A DNA stretch of 64,000 bases from a virus: positions 1-64,000 of IMG/VR virus record IMGVR_UViG_3300045988_175328. One strand, given 5' to 3'. The position numbers were made by a program, and so were the translations under genes. The stretch's first letter is position 1; every line of letters starts with the position of its first letter. The notes below the pieces were generated by a model. That model saw nothing but the letters and a program-made list of their open reading frames with translations, had not been told where the DNA came from and made no database searches. Positions 18,121 to 27,356 of this stretch are shown here, piece by piece.

Positions 18121-18534
18121 ATGTCCAAGTATATGAAACAACAAGTTCAAAATTTAAAAGATGTTAAAATGAACGAATTAGAAAAAACATTTAAATCTAA
18201 TAAGTTCAGCTTTGATTTCGATATCGATTTCAGCAAAAAACGTTTAGAACCAACTAATCGTATTTATGTTATTCCTGAATCTCAACGTAACGTTGATGCT
18301 GTTGTTACATTTAAAAATGGCAACAATGCTGTTGGTTTAATTCTTAAAGAAAATGGATCTTTAGAAGTAGCTGGCGATTTCTACGGCTCTGGTTATAATG
18401 AACAAACATTTGCACAAGCTTTAGGCATGAGTGTAAACGCACAACGCTTAATCACTAAAGCTAAATTAAATAACTATACAGCAAATGTCGTATCTCAAAC
18501 TAGAGAACAAATTAAATTAGAATTCACAATGTAA
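18121..18534 (+). CDS. hypothetical protein, DUF1257-like (tentative)
   Basis: AAAGGAG RBS. AVGLILKENGSLEVAGDFYGSGYNEQTFAQAL recalls the DUF1257 core pattern. Recognised from memory only. Confidence 0.4.
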   Translation: MSKYMKQQVQNLKDVKMNELEKTFKSNKFSFDFDIDFSKKRLEPTNRIYVIPESQRNVDAVVTFKNGNNAVGLILKENGSLEVAGDFYGSGYNEQTFAQALGMSVNAQRLITKAKLNNYTANVVSQTREQIKLEFTM

Positions 18535-18554
18535 TTAAAGCGAGGGAACAAGAT

Positions 18555-18734
18555 ATGAAAAAAATTGAAGTAACATTAAATGCAGATGGCACAGTTCAAT
18601 ATGAAACACAAGGTTTCACTGGTAAGGTTTGTCAAGAAGAGCTACAAAAAATCATGTTAAATGGTAAGGTAACTTCTGATGAGAATAAACCAGAGTTCTA
18701 TGACGAAGTGCCAAACTTCATTAAAAATATTTAA
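18555..18734 (+). CDS. small protein, DUF2997-like (59 aa; below the ORF-track cut-off)
   Basis: MKKIEVTLNADGTVQYETQGFTGKVCQEELQKIM fits the pattern I.V.I..DG.V..E..G..G..C. GAGGGAAC RBS. Confidence 0.45.
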   Translation: MKKIEVTLNADGTVQYETQGFTGKVCQEELQKIMLNGKVTSDENKPEFYDEVPNFIKNI

Positions 18735-18748
18735 TTAAAAAAAAGAAT

Positions 18749-18782
18749 ACCCGGCCACTTATGTGGTCGGGTTATTTATTTT
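18749..18782 (+). terminator. rho-independent terminator
   Basis: ACCCGGCCAC / GTGGTCGGGT 10-bp stem with a TTAT loop and a T-rich tail. Confidence 0.8.
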
Positions 18783-18799
18783 AAGAAAGGAATTGTCAA

Positions 18800-20701
18800 T
18801 TGAATTACCTGGAATCGCTAAATCCACAGCAATTTGAGGTTGCTAAAATAATTAAAGGTAAACGTATCGTTAATGCAGCTGCCGGTAGCGGAAAAACAAG
18901 TACTGTTGTGTCTAATGTAAGATATACAATAGATAGCGGAGTTGATCCTTCTAATATCTTAATGTTTACCTTTACACGAAAAGCAGCACTAGAAATGAAA
19001 GAACGGCTCAAAAAAGCAATTGGACCTTTAGCTAAGAAGGTAACAATTGGCACTTATCACTCTTTTGCCTGCACTGTCATTAGAAGATTCATCTCGCTTA
19101 CTCCATATGCTAGTAATTTTACTATCATTAGTCCTGACGATATGTTAACTATCGTTAAAGAAATTAGTGGAGTTAAAGATGATATTGCAAATTTAGATTT
19201 CTTACGATTCATCGAAGAAGTAAAATCTAATTTCTTATCGCCAGATGAATTACTTCGACATGAAGAGTATAAAAATAAAACTAAAAATATTATCATTTAT
19301 CGAGAATATCAACGGCGATTAGTTTCTGAAAATACAATGGATTTTAATGATCTTTTATTTCAGTTGCATATTTTAATGAAAGATCAAGGTGTTCTTGATT
19401 ATCTTCACAGTCAATATAAATATATTTGGGTAGATGAGATGCAGGACAGTTCTCGTAAAGATCTAGAATTAATTTTTAATTTAATGGGCAACAACGAAAA
19501 TGTTTGCGGAGTCATGGATAATAATCAGTCTATTTATAAATTCCGCGGCGCAGAAATCGATAAAGTTATCTTGATGCTTAAGAAAAATAACTTTAAAGAA
19601 TATCAGCTAGAACGTAATTATCGAAGCACACAAACTATTGTTAATGCAAGTAATAGCGTTATTGACAGAAACCCAATGCTCGTTAAAAAAAATGCATATA
19701 GTGCTGGTGAAATTGGCACAAAGGTACAGATTAAGCAACTCTTTGGTCAGCAAGAAGAATCAGAATTTATCTTAAAAACTATTTTATCCCTACAGCAAAA
19801 AAATGTAGCTTTACATGAAATAGCAATACTCGCAAGAACTAAAGGTGAACTTAGCCGTATCGAAAAACTGTTTTTAAGTAATTCTATTCCTCACACTCTA
19901 TATTCTGGATTAGCATTTATGGAGCGAGCTGAAATTAAAAATATTTTATCCTTTTTGAGATTTTTATATAATCCAAAAGATGAAACAGCATTCGCTAGAA
20001 TTGTTAATATTCCAAGATCTAGAATCGGAGAGAAGTCTGTTGCTAAAATATTAGCGCTAAAAGATAATGGAGATTATGTCGATATTGTCGATTGTGTTCG
20101 TAAGAATTTAAATTCTTTTAAAGGTGCGACTAAAAATGGACTACAAACTTTTTTAGAAAGATTTGATCTACTCAAATTGTATGCTGAAGAGAATGTGTTA
20201 CCAGCGGCTATTGTCGATAAATACATTGAGGTCTTTAAATATAAAGACTTTATTAAAACCGAATACAAGGAAATTGAAGATTGGTCTTTTAGACTTAATA
20301 ATGTTACAGTTTTTGAAAATATTGCTTCTAATTACTATACTTTAGAAGAATTCTTAACTGGTATTATTGAAGCTATTCCATCTTCTGAAAAACTTGAAGA
20401 TGCTGGCGTTACTTTGATGACAGTCCATGCATCTAAAGGGTTAGAATTTAGAGTAGTTCTTATTATGGGCGCTTCTGAAGGACTGTTTCCACATGCCATG
20501 TCGATGGATACTATTGAAGATATTCATGAAGAACGAAGACTTTGGTATGTAGCTATGACAAGAGCTAAGGAATTGCTTTTAATTACAAGCCCTAAAACAA
20601 GTATTTCAGCTGGTACAATTAAATTTCACAATGTAAGTCGTTTTGTTAATGAAATAGACGGTCAATATAAATTGTTCTATCCATATGCTAAAAAGTCGTA
20701 A
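18800..20701 (+). CDS. UvrD/PcrA/Rep-family SF1 DNA helicase
   Basis: NAAAGSGKTS (motif I), FTFTRKAALEM, VDEMQDS (II), RNYRST, MTVHASKGLEF, RRLWYVAMTRAK. Confidence 0.9.
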   Translation: MNYLESLNPQQFEVAKIIKGKRIVNAAAGSGKTSTVVSNVRYTIDSGVDPSNILMFTFTRKAALEMKERLKKAIGPLAKKVTIGTYHSFACTVIRRFISLTPYASNFTIISPDDMLTIVKEISGVKDDIANLDFLRFIEEVKSNFLSPDELLRHEEYKNKTKNIIIYREYQRRLVSENTMDFNDLLFQLHILMKDQGVLDYLHSQYKYIWVDEMQDSSRKDLELIFNLMGNNENVCGVMDNNQSIYKFRGAEIDKVILMLKKNNFKEYQLERNYRSTQTIVNASNSVIDRNPMLVKKNAYSAGEIGTKVQIKQLFGQQEESEFILKTILSLQQKNVALHEIAILARTKGELSRIEKLFLSNSIPHTLYSGLAFMERAEIKNILSFLRFLYNPKDETAFARIVNIPRSRIGEKSVAKILALKDNGDYVDIVDCVRKNLNSFKGATKNGLQTFLERFDLLKLYAEENVLPAAIVDKYIEVFKYKDFIKTEYKEIEDWSFRLNNVTVFENIASNYYTLEEFLTGIIEAIPSSEKLEDAGVTLMTVHASKGLEFRVVLIMGASEGLFPHAMSMDTIEDIHEERRLWYVAMTRAKELLLITSPKTSISAGTIKFHNVSRFVNEIDGQYKLFYPYAKKS

Positions 20702-20732
20702 TATAGCCCCGTACCCCACGAGGCATATATAA

Positions 20733-21278
20733 ATGGCTATATTAAAAGAACATTTTAAAATAATTTGTATCGGGATCTTGCTTCTTGCTCTAATGTTTGG
20801 TATAATACTAGGATTGAGTAAGAAAGATTCAGATAATTCGATTTACTCACTAGATGCTCAAAGTAAAATGTCTTCTCAAGATTACAGTCAGTTCTTTAAA
20901 CGGAAACTTGACCTCGAACAACATCGAGGCACTCCCATTATAAGAGAGGTTGTTTCTGTTCCTAAAGAGAGCACTGTAATACGAGAAGTAGAGCGTGTCG
21001 TAAAAGGAAAAGATTCAGAATATATTTCTGAATCAACCAAACAAAAAATAATAGAGCCTTCGGATAAAACAGTTGTCATCGAAGAGAAAAAAGAAGTCTC
21101 TGTGTACAAAATCAATAATAATAAATCTCATCAGATAAAAGCTGGAATGAGCATTATCGGTGAAAAACCATATGTGAATTTAGCTTACCAAGCTGGAAAT
21201 TTTGAAATCATTGCACATTCAGATTTAAAAGATAAAGTATCTGGTGTAACAGCAATGTATACTATTAAAAAATGGTAA
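20733..21278 (+). CDS. membrane-anchored hypothetical protein
   Basis: N-terminal hydrophobic helix IICIGILLLALMFGIILGL. Confidence 0.55.
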   Translation: MAILKEHFKIICIGILLLALMFGIILGLSKKDSDNSIYSLDAQSKMSSQDYSQFFKRKLDLEQHRGTPIIREVVSVPKESTVIREVERVVKGKDSEYISESTKQKIIEPSDKTVVIEEKKEVSVYKINNNKSHQIKAGMSIIGEKPYVNLAYQAGNFEIIAHSDLKDKVSGVTAMYTIKKW

Positions 21279-21298
21279 CATTAATTTAGGGTACGCAT

Positions 21299-21333
21299 AA
21301 CAGGTGGCAGTTAATGCTACCTGTTATTTTTTT
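21299..21333 (+). terminator. rho-independent terminator
   Basis: AACAGGTGGCA / TGCTACCTGTT 11-bp stem followed by ATTTTTTT. It overlaps the track's GTG start at 21304, which is therefore rejected. Confidence 0.75.
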
Positions 21334-21348
21334 AAAGAAAGGCAATAC

Positions 21349-22953
21349 ATGTTAATAAAAGACAATATATTGTCGACTGAAAGTGTAAAAAATAAAGATC
21401 TCTTAAATAAACTTGTATTTGGACTCGATAAGACTGGTTCTTATCTTGGCAACCAGAAATGGAATATATTTGATATCCATAAACTTTTAATTTATGCTCC
21501 AGAGTTAAATATAGATGGTATTGGTAAAACTAAATTGCCTCTCTATAATTATCAGCGGAGCTTAATTAAAGAAATACTAGATTGGGATGGCAGCGCTCTT
21601 ATTGTAGCAAGTTGTGGTGCCGGAAAAACACCAATCGCTATCGATCTTTTTTTAGAACTTAAAAGTCGAGGTAGAATAATGAAACAAGGACTCGTTGTCG
21701 TTAAGTCTTCACTTAAAGTGCAATGGTTCCATGAAGTTAAAAAGTTTAGTGACTTAACTCCATCTATTGTTGAAACAACGGCTAAAGCCGGCAAGAAAAA
21801 ATATGCGACTCAATTTGATGGAGATCTTCTAATTTGTAACTACGAAACTCTTAATGATGAAATCGTTAGAGCCGAACTTTTAGAAAGAGTTGACTTTGTA
21901 TTTGCGGACGAAGTACAATATGTTAAGAACTACCAAGCAAAGCGAAGTAAGTCTTTGTATCATTTTAATCATTTAAAATATATATACGGGGCTACTGCAA
22001 CTCCAATCCAAAATAATCCACGCGATATTTTTGGCATTTTTAGATTTATCGACAAGGACATGTTTCCTAATATTAGTACATTCGATAACCGATATGTAAA
22101 GAAGAATCACTTAGGATTTATTATTGGTTCTAAAAATGAAGATGAGTTAAAAGCCCGTATTAAAAATCATATTTTAATTCGAACTAAAGATGAAGTAAGT
22201 TCTTATTTACCTAAACTTGTTGTTACACAGAAATATTGTGAACTTGGTCCGAAAGTTAAAAAATCTCATGATCTTTTACTTGAAGAAATACAAACGCTAA
22301 AGAATCAACAAGAAGAATTAATGACTTCTTTCCGATCTCCAGAAGAGGCCAGAAAGAACGAAGAATTTGTTAAACTCGATAATCAGATTCTTATGAAGCA
22401 AACCTTTGCTCAAGAGATTACCATTACTGATGAGTTGTTGCTTCTTAGCGATTCCAAGCAAGCCAGTGATTATTATACTGGCGAGTCATCTAATAAGATA
22501 TCTTTATTCTTAGATCTTATTGAAAGCATCTTAGAAGAAGGAGAAAAGGTTTGTGTGTTCTCTAGATTTAGAAATCTTCAAGAAATACTGATCGAAAAGT
22601 TAACAGCTCGATTTAAAGATATTGGCATTAGACAGATTCATGGCTCCATGAATAGTGAACAACGTCATAAAAGTGCCACAGAATTTAATGATAATAAAGA
22701 CGTATCAGTGTTATTATTATCAGGCGCCGGTAATGAAGGTATCAATTTACAAGCTGCTAAATATCTAATCGAGATGGAGCCATCTGAAAGTTATCTCGTT
22801 CAGACACAACGGCATGGTCGTATTGAACGAGCTAGTAGTAATCACAAAACAGTATTTGTTTATCAATTAATTGCCGAAGAGTCTTACGATGAAGTAGGTC
22901 TTCGTATTATTAATAAGAAAGAGAAATACCATAATAATTTAATTATCAAATAA
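21349..22953 (+). CDS. SNF2-family (SF2) helicase/ATPase
   Basis: ASCGAGKTP (I), FADEVQYVKN (II), GATATPIQNNPRDIF (III), and a C-terminal helicase domain with QTQRHGRIER. Start moved to ATG 21349 after the terminator. Confidence 0.85.
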   Translation: MLIKDNILSTESVKNKDLLNKLVFGLDKTGSYLGNQKWNIFDIHKLLIYAPELNIDGIGKTKLPLYNYQRSLIKEILDWDGSALIVASCGAGKTPIAIDLFLELKSRGRIMKQGLVVVKSSLKVQWFHEVKKFSDLTPSIVETTAKAGKKKYATQFDGDLLICNYETLNDEIVRAELLERVDFVFADEVQYVKNYQAKRSKSLYHFNHLKYIYGATATPIQNNPRDIFGIFRFIDKDMFPNISTFDNRYVKKNHLGFIIGSKNEDELKARIKNHILIRTKDEVSSYLPKLVVTQKYCELGPKVKKSHDLLLEEIQTLKNQQEELMTSFRSPEEARKNEEFVKLDNQILMKQTFAQEITITDELLLLSDSKQASDYYTGESSNKISLFLDLIESILEEGEKVCVFSRFRNLQEILIEKLTARFKDIGIRQIHGSMNSEQRHKSATEFNDNKDVSVLLLSGAGNEGINLQAAKYLIEMEPSESYLVQTQRHGRIERASSNHKTVFVYQLIAEESYDEVGLRIINKKEKYHNNLIIK

Positions 22954-22969
22954 ACTGGAGGGTATTTAA

Positions 22970-23524
22970 ATGTTAGATCTAAATTTAATCGAAGAAAATG
23001 AAGTCGAATCTGCGATTCAACAAATCATGGAAAACGAATGTCAAGCTATTGCAGTAGCGACAACATTTGAGCAAGCAGATGCGATTGTTGAACAAATTAA
23101 ACGATTGCAAGAACGTAAAGAATTTTTAGCAGAGCAAACAAAAGAAGCTATTGCTAAATATAAAATTAAAGCAGAGGAATTTCTTAGCAAAGAAACAAAT
23201 ACTATCGATGGACAAATTGAACGATATAAAGAAATTATTGCTCCGTTCGTAATGTCTAATATCGAAGGTACTGGTAAAAAATCTATCAATTTCATTTCAG
23301 GCACAGCTGGTTTTAGAAAACAAAAACCATTAGTATCTGTAGACCCAGAAGAAATTGAATCATTGGCTGCTGATGATGATAGATATTATAAAATTACTCG
23401 TAAGTTTAGCGCCAGCACGTTCTTAAAAGATGTTGAAGTTAAGAACGGAAAGGCATTCTTCAAAGATAAACCTATCTTAAGCTATTCTACTGAAGATCAA
23501 GAAGATTCCTTCTACATTAAATAG
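22970..23524 (+). CDS. Mu Gam-like host-nuclease inhibitor (putative)
   Basis: N-terminal coiled coil plus INFISGTAGFRKQKPLVSVD, resembling Mu Gam SGTVSWRVRPPSVSI. Confidence 0.45.
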   Translation: MLDLNLIEENEVESAIQQIMENECQAIAVATTFEQADAIVEQIKRLQERKEFLAEQTKEAIAKYKIKAEEFLSKETNTIDGQIERYKEIIAPFVMSNIEGTGKKSINFISGTAGFRKQKPLVSVDPEEIESLAADDDRYYKITRKFSASTFLKDVEVKNGKAFFKDKPILSYSTEDQEDSFYIK

Positions 23525-23532
23525 AGTTTGCT

Positions 23533-24684
23533 ATGAATATATATAATGAGGATTTTATCCAATTATTAAATAGCAAACTTGATATTGTAAAAATTGCTTC
23601 TAAACATACCAAGCTAGAGAAGAAGGGCAACATCTGGGTTGGATGTTGTCCTCATCCAGATCATAACGACAGTACTCCATCGTTTCGAATATGGGATAAT
23701 GGTGGAGTACAAACTTGGTGTTGTTTTGGATGCCATGCAAACAAAGAGAACTCTTTTAATACATATTTTGGCCGAGATGCCGTATCTTTCGTCCGATGGA
23801 TGAAAAGTACTCCAAGCAAGATATGTAGTTACTCTCGTAACATAAAAGAGATTGCTTTAGCACTAAATATCGAGGTCGACGACCGAGAAAGTATACTGCA
23901 ATCTCGTAATCGTGATTTAGCAATGGGTCATTGTAAACGATTGCAAAATTCAGTTGGAATGCAATATCTAGAAGAACGAGGAATTAATCAAGAATCTATT
24001 ACTAAGTGGAACTTAGGTTTTGAAACTAATAGAATTACTGTTCCATTAATAGATAGTAATGAAAATTATCTAGGATTCATTAAGCGAAGTATTACAGACG
24101 ATGTTGTCGATAAATACTTCGTTGAACCAGATAATGAAATTTTCACCAAATCTACTTTTGTATATGGCATGAATAATTTAGACTATTCTTCAGATTACAT
24201 TTATGTTACCGAGGGGGTTTTTGATACAATACTCGCTACTCAGTATGGTTTAAAAAATGTAGTTAGTGTTCTTGGAACTAATTTTACTGAAGCTCAAGCT
24301 ATGAAAATAGCAAGAACAGGATTAAATCCAGTATTAATATATGATGGAGATAGTGCCGGAGAAAAAGGAACTAGACTAGCATTAAAAATAATGCTAGGAT
24401 TAAATATTTTTCCAGATGTTATTTCACTTCCATATAAAGTAGATTTAGCAGACTATTCTTTGAAGTACAAAGAATCTCTTAATGAACATATACTTGGTGT
24501 GCAGTTACCATATTGGCACCACATATTAAAAGATTTAAAACTTGAATATGACGCCAATACTAGTCGATTGTTTAAGAAGTATTCTGAAGAATTAAATCTT
24601 GCAATCAATAGCGTTTCTAACGATGAGAAACAATTAAAACTTTTAGAAATTTTTCTTAAAAGTGAATTCAATTTAAATATCTAA
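23533..24684 (+). CDS. dnaG: DnaG-type DNA primase (CHC2 zinc finger + Toprim)
   Basis: CCPHPDHNDSTPSFRI...CCFGCH zinc finger. Toprim motifs YVTEGVFD and YDGDSAGEKG. Confidence 0.85.
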   Translation: MNIYNEDFIQLLNSKLDIVKIASKHTKLEKKGNIWVGCCPHPDHNDSTPSFRIWDNGGVQTWCCFGCHANKENSFNTYFGRDAVSFVRWMKSTPSKICSYSRNIKEIALALNIEVDDRESILQSRNRDLAMGHCKRLQNSVGMQYLEERGINQESITKWNLGFETNRITVPLIDSNENYLGFIKRSITDDVVDKYFVEPDNEIFTKSTFVYGMNNLDYSSDYIYVTEGVFDTILATQYGLKNVVSVLGTNFTEAQAMKIARTGLNPVLIYDGDSAGEKGTRLALKIMLGLNIFPDVISLPYKVDLADYSLKYKESLNEHILGVQLPYWHHILKDLKLEYDANTSRLFKKYSEELNLAINSVSNDEKQLKLLEIFLKSEFNLNI

Positions 24685-24701
24685 CATGGTATACTATAAG
24701 T

Positions 24702-24742
24702 AAGGCTGACTGGCATAATGCCGGTTAGCCTTTTTTGTTTTT
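24702..24742 (+). terminator. rho-independent terminator
   Basis: AAGGCTGACTGGC / GCCGGTTAGCCTT 13-bp stem (two G-U pairs) followed by TTTTTTGTTTTT. Confidence 0.8.
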
Positions 24743-24751
24743 AAGAAAGGT

Positions 24752-26269
24752 GTGAGCATCATAAAGATATTCAAAGCTAAGACTTGTCGAGATAAAATTT
24801 TAAAACTTTGTTACGATGAAATTAAAAATCAGATGCTTGGATCTGAATATGTCTCACGTCTAGAAGAAGAAGATTTATTACTACAGGATAAATTAAAATA
24901 CTATCAGTATTTTTATATTGTTAATGATTATGTAAAACAAATTAATAAAAAGAAAATTCATATCGGAATTGGCCGAGGCAGTTGTGTAGCTAGTTTAATT
25001 TGTTATCTTCTAGGATTTACTAAAGTAGATCCAGTTAAACATAATTTAGACTGTCGTAGATTCTATCTAGGTCATGAACCAGATATAGATATCGATATCC
25101 AATCATCTAAAAGATCAATCATTTTGGAATATATTAAAAAGAAATTTGGCGATACTTTTTATCGTGCTGGTACAATGGGTGAGAATGGTACTTTTATTAA
25201 AAGTCCAACAAGTTTTTATATCGATTACGAACAAAAGTTTAAACCTACTGTTCGAGATGAAGAGCTGTATTATTTGAACAAACAGAATACTCCAGCTAAA
25301 TTCGATATCTTATCTTTAACTTGGCTTGATGAACTCGACTTCTTCTTAAAAAATGGTATTGAACCATGTTACGATGACATTTGGGATTATATTTGTTCAC
25401 CAAATAGTGGCTTAATGCAAATTGATACAGAGATGGGTCAACGGACATTAGAAATAATTAATCCGCGTTCTATCGAAGAATTGTCGTTTGTGTTAGCTTT
25501 TATGCGTGGCGGCGTATTCTCAGACAATAATGTATATTATTATTGTAAATGGAGAGATACTGGAGAAGTTAAGCCAGGATTATCGAAAGAGTTGTATGAA
25601 GCGACTAAAGACACTGGCGGGATACTTGTTTTTCAAGAGCAATTCTTGAAGTATGCCAGCAATTGGTTTAATGATAAAGATTGTTACTATCTAATGAAAG
25701 GGAAGTTAAGTGTTCCTGATCATATGAGTAATGAGTTCAAAGAGATTCAAAAGAATGTTGTTAAATATACTTTTAATAAAGCACATGCTATTGCATACGC
25801 TACAATGGTATATGAACAAGCAAGTTATTATAATGCAACAGATATCAGAATTGACGAGAAAGAAAAGAATATTGCAAAGAACATTAAAATGCTAGTTCCA
25901 TTAACACTTCAATCTGAATATGAAACTGTTGTAGAATCTGATCATATCATCGCTGGCTTTAAGAAGATTATTAATAAAAAAGAATTTGGAATTTTAAAAG
26001 GAATTACTATCGATAACTTCTGGAAAGAAGTTTCGAAACTTCCTGATAAAAAAGTTGTATCATTAATTACACTTGGTGTTTTTAATGAGTTGTTTAATTT
26101 AAATCGCCTCGATATATTAAATCGTTGGCGAGAGATTAATGGATTAAAAGGAGTGTTCACGATTACATCGATGGACACTGAGTATAGGAAACACTATGAA
26201 TATTTCAGATTACAACAAAATAGTAAAAGGATATCCATTAATGGAGATTCCAAGTTATGCGGAAAATAG
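24752..26269 (+). CDS. DnaE-like (Pol III alpha family C) polymerase core, short form without a PHP domain
   Basis: GIGRGSCVASLICYLLGFTKVDPVKHNL..RRFY...EPDIDIDI matches DnaE [23 protein letters not shown]...PDIDIDF. FNKAHAIAYA matches FNKSHSAAYA. Confidence 0.75.
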   Translation: MSIIKIFKAKTCRDKILKLCYDEIKNQMLGSEYVSRLEEEDLLLQDKLKYYQYFYIVNDYVKQINKKKIHIGIGRGSCVASLICYLLGFTKVDPVKHNLDCRRFYLGHEPDIDIDIQSSKRSIILEYIKKKFGDTFYRAGTMGENGTFIKSPTSFYIDYEQKFKPTVRDEELYYLNKQNTPAKFDILSLTWLDELDFFLKNGIEPCYDDIWDYICSPNSGLMQIDTEMGQRTLEIINPRSIEELSFVLAFMRGGVFSDNNVYYYCKWRDTGEVKPGLSKELYEATKDTGGILVFQEQFLKYASNWFNDKDCYYLMKGKLSVPDHMSNEFKEIQKNVVKYTFNKAHAIAYATMVYEQASYYNATDIRIDEKEKNIAKNIKMLVPLTLQSEYETVVESDHIIAGFKKIINKKEFGILKGITIDNFWKEVSKLPDKKVVSLITLGVFNELFNLNRLDILNRWREINGLKGVFTITSMDTEYRKHYEYFRLQQNSKRISINGDSKLCGK

Positions 26270-27347
26270 AGAAGAATGTTTACTCCCGATTATGCTCGGG
26301 AGTTTCTTATTATATCGAGATGAAATTAGCGAGACATTGCTTACTAAAATGAAAATGTTTTCAAATATGAGAATTTCATTTTCTGATTTGGTTCAAGATT
26401 ATTTATATAATATTGATCCAAGAATATTAACTAAAGCTATTCTGTATTATGAAAAAGAATATTTTGAGCTATCAGTTATTTATAAAAGTATTATTTATTT
26501 TTTGTATTCAAATTATGGAAAAGATTACTTCTCACAATATTCTGAAGAAAGATTCTTAAAAATTATCGATAATAATATTTTACCAATGGATCTTTCTTAT
26601 GTATTAGAACACACTATTAATATTAAAAGAGCCGGACATCGAGAAATATGTGTCGTACAACCTCATGGAAGACAGCAATATTATGATTTAAAAAGAAATG
26701 ATAGTTTGAAATCACATATTCAAATATTTGCTGGATCAATTAATAATCCACCGGAATTACTCGATCGAGATGATATATTCTACGATGTCGAATCAGGATT
26801 TATTAATTGTAATCATGGAGAAGAGATAGAAACAACTTTTCTAAATTTAACATGGTTTATGTTAAAAAATAAACTTTTTGGAGACAGAGTAAAAAGAGAT
26901 ACGATTTGTGATTATTCTGCTTATTTAATTTTACATTCTGATTTTGAAGTAAAATCTATCGAAAAATATATTTCAGATAATATTCATCGACAATATTATA
27001 CCGTCTATGAAATTAATGAAGTAAATCCAATTAAATTTAATGGGCCTAGATTAACCGACGAGAATGAGGGTCATGAATCTGATGAGGATTTGGTTATTAG
27101 TTTTCCTGAGCCTAAAATGCCAAAGAGAACTAATATGTTAACATCTATCATGCCTCTCGATAAGAAATATTTAGGATTACATATGTTAAGTACTGGTTTC
27201 TGTACTAAAATAGACAACAACTATTTTGTTGGCTCATTTAGAAAAATTAATACTAATTTTAAATATGAAAAAGGAAGAATTAAATTCCAAGAACAGATTG
27301 TTCCAGAATTTTGTAATTATTCTAACGATGGTGTTAGATCTATATAG
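26196..27347 (+). CDS. hypothetical protein
   Basis: 383-aa ORF overlapping the end of the polymerase gene. Confidence 0.5.
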   Translation: MNISDYNKIVKGYPLMEIPSYAENREECLLPIMLGSFLLYRDEISETLLTKMKMFSNMRISFSDLVQDYLYNIDPRILTKAILYYEKEYFELSVIYKSIIYFLYSNYGKDYFSQYSEERFLKIIDNNILPMDLSYVLEHTINIKRAGHREICVVQPHGRQQYYDLKRNDSLKSHIQIFAGSINNPPELLDRDDIFYDVESGFINCNHGEEIETTFLNLTWFMLKNKLFGDRVKRDTICDYSAYLILHSDFEVKSIEKYISDNIHRQYYTVYEINEVNPIKFNGPRLTDENEGHESDEDLVISFPEPKMPKRTNMLTSIMPLDKKYLGLHMLSTGFCTKIDNNYFVGSFRKINTNFKYEKGRIKFQEQIVPEFCNYSNDGVRSI

Positions 27348-27356
27348 GGGGACATT

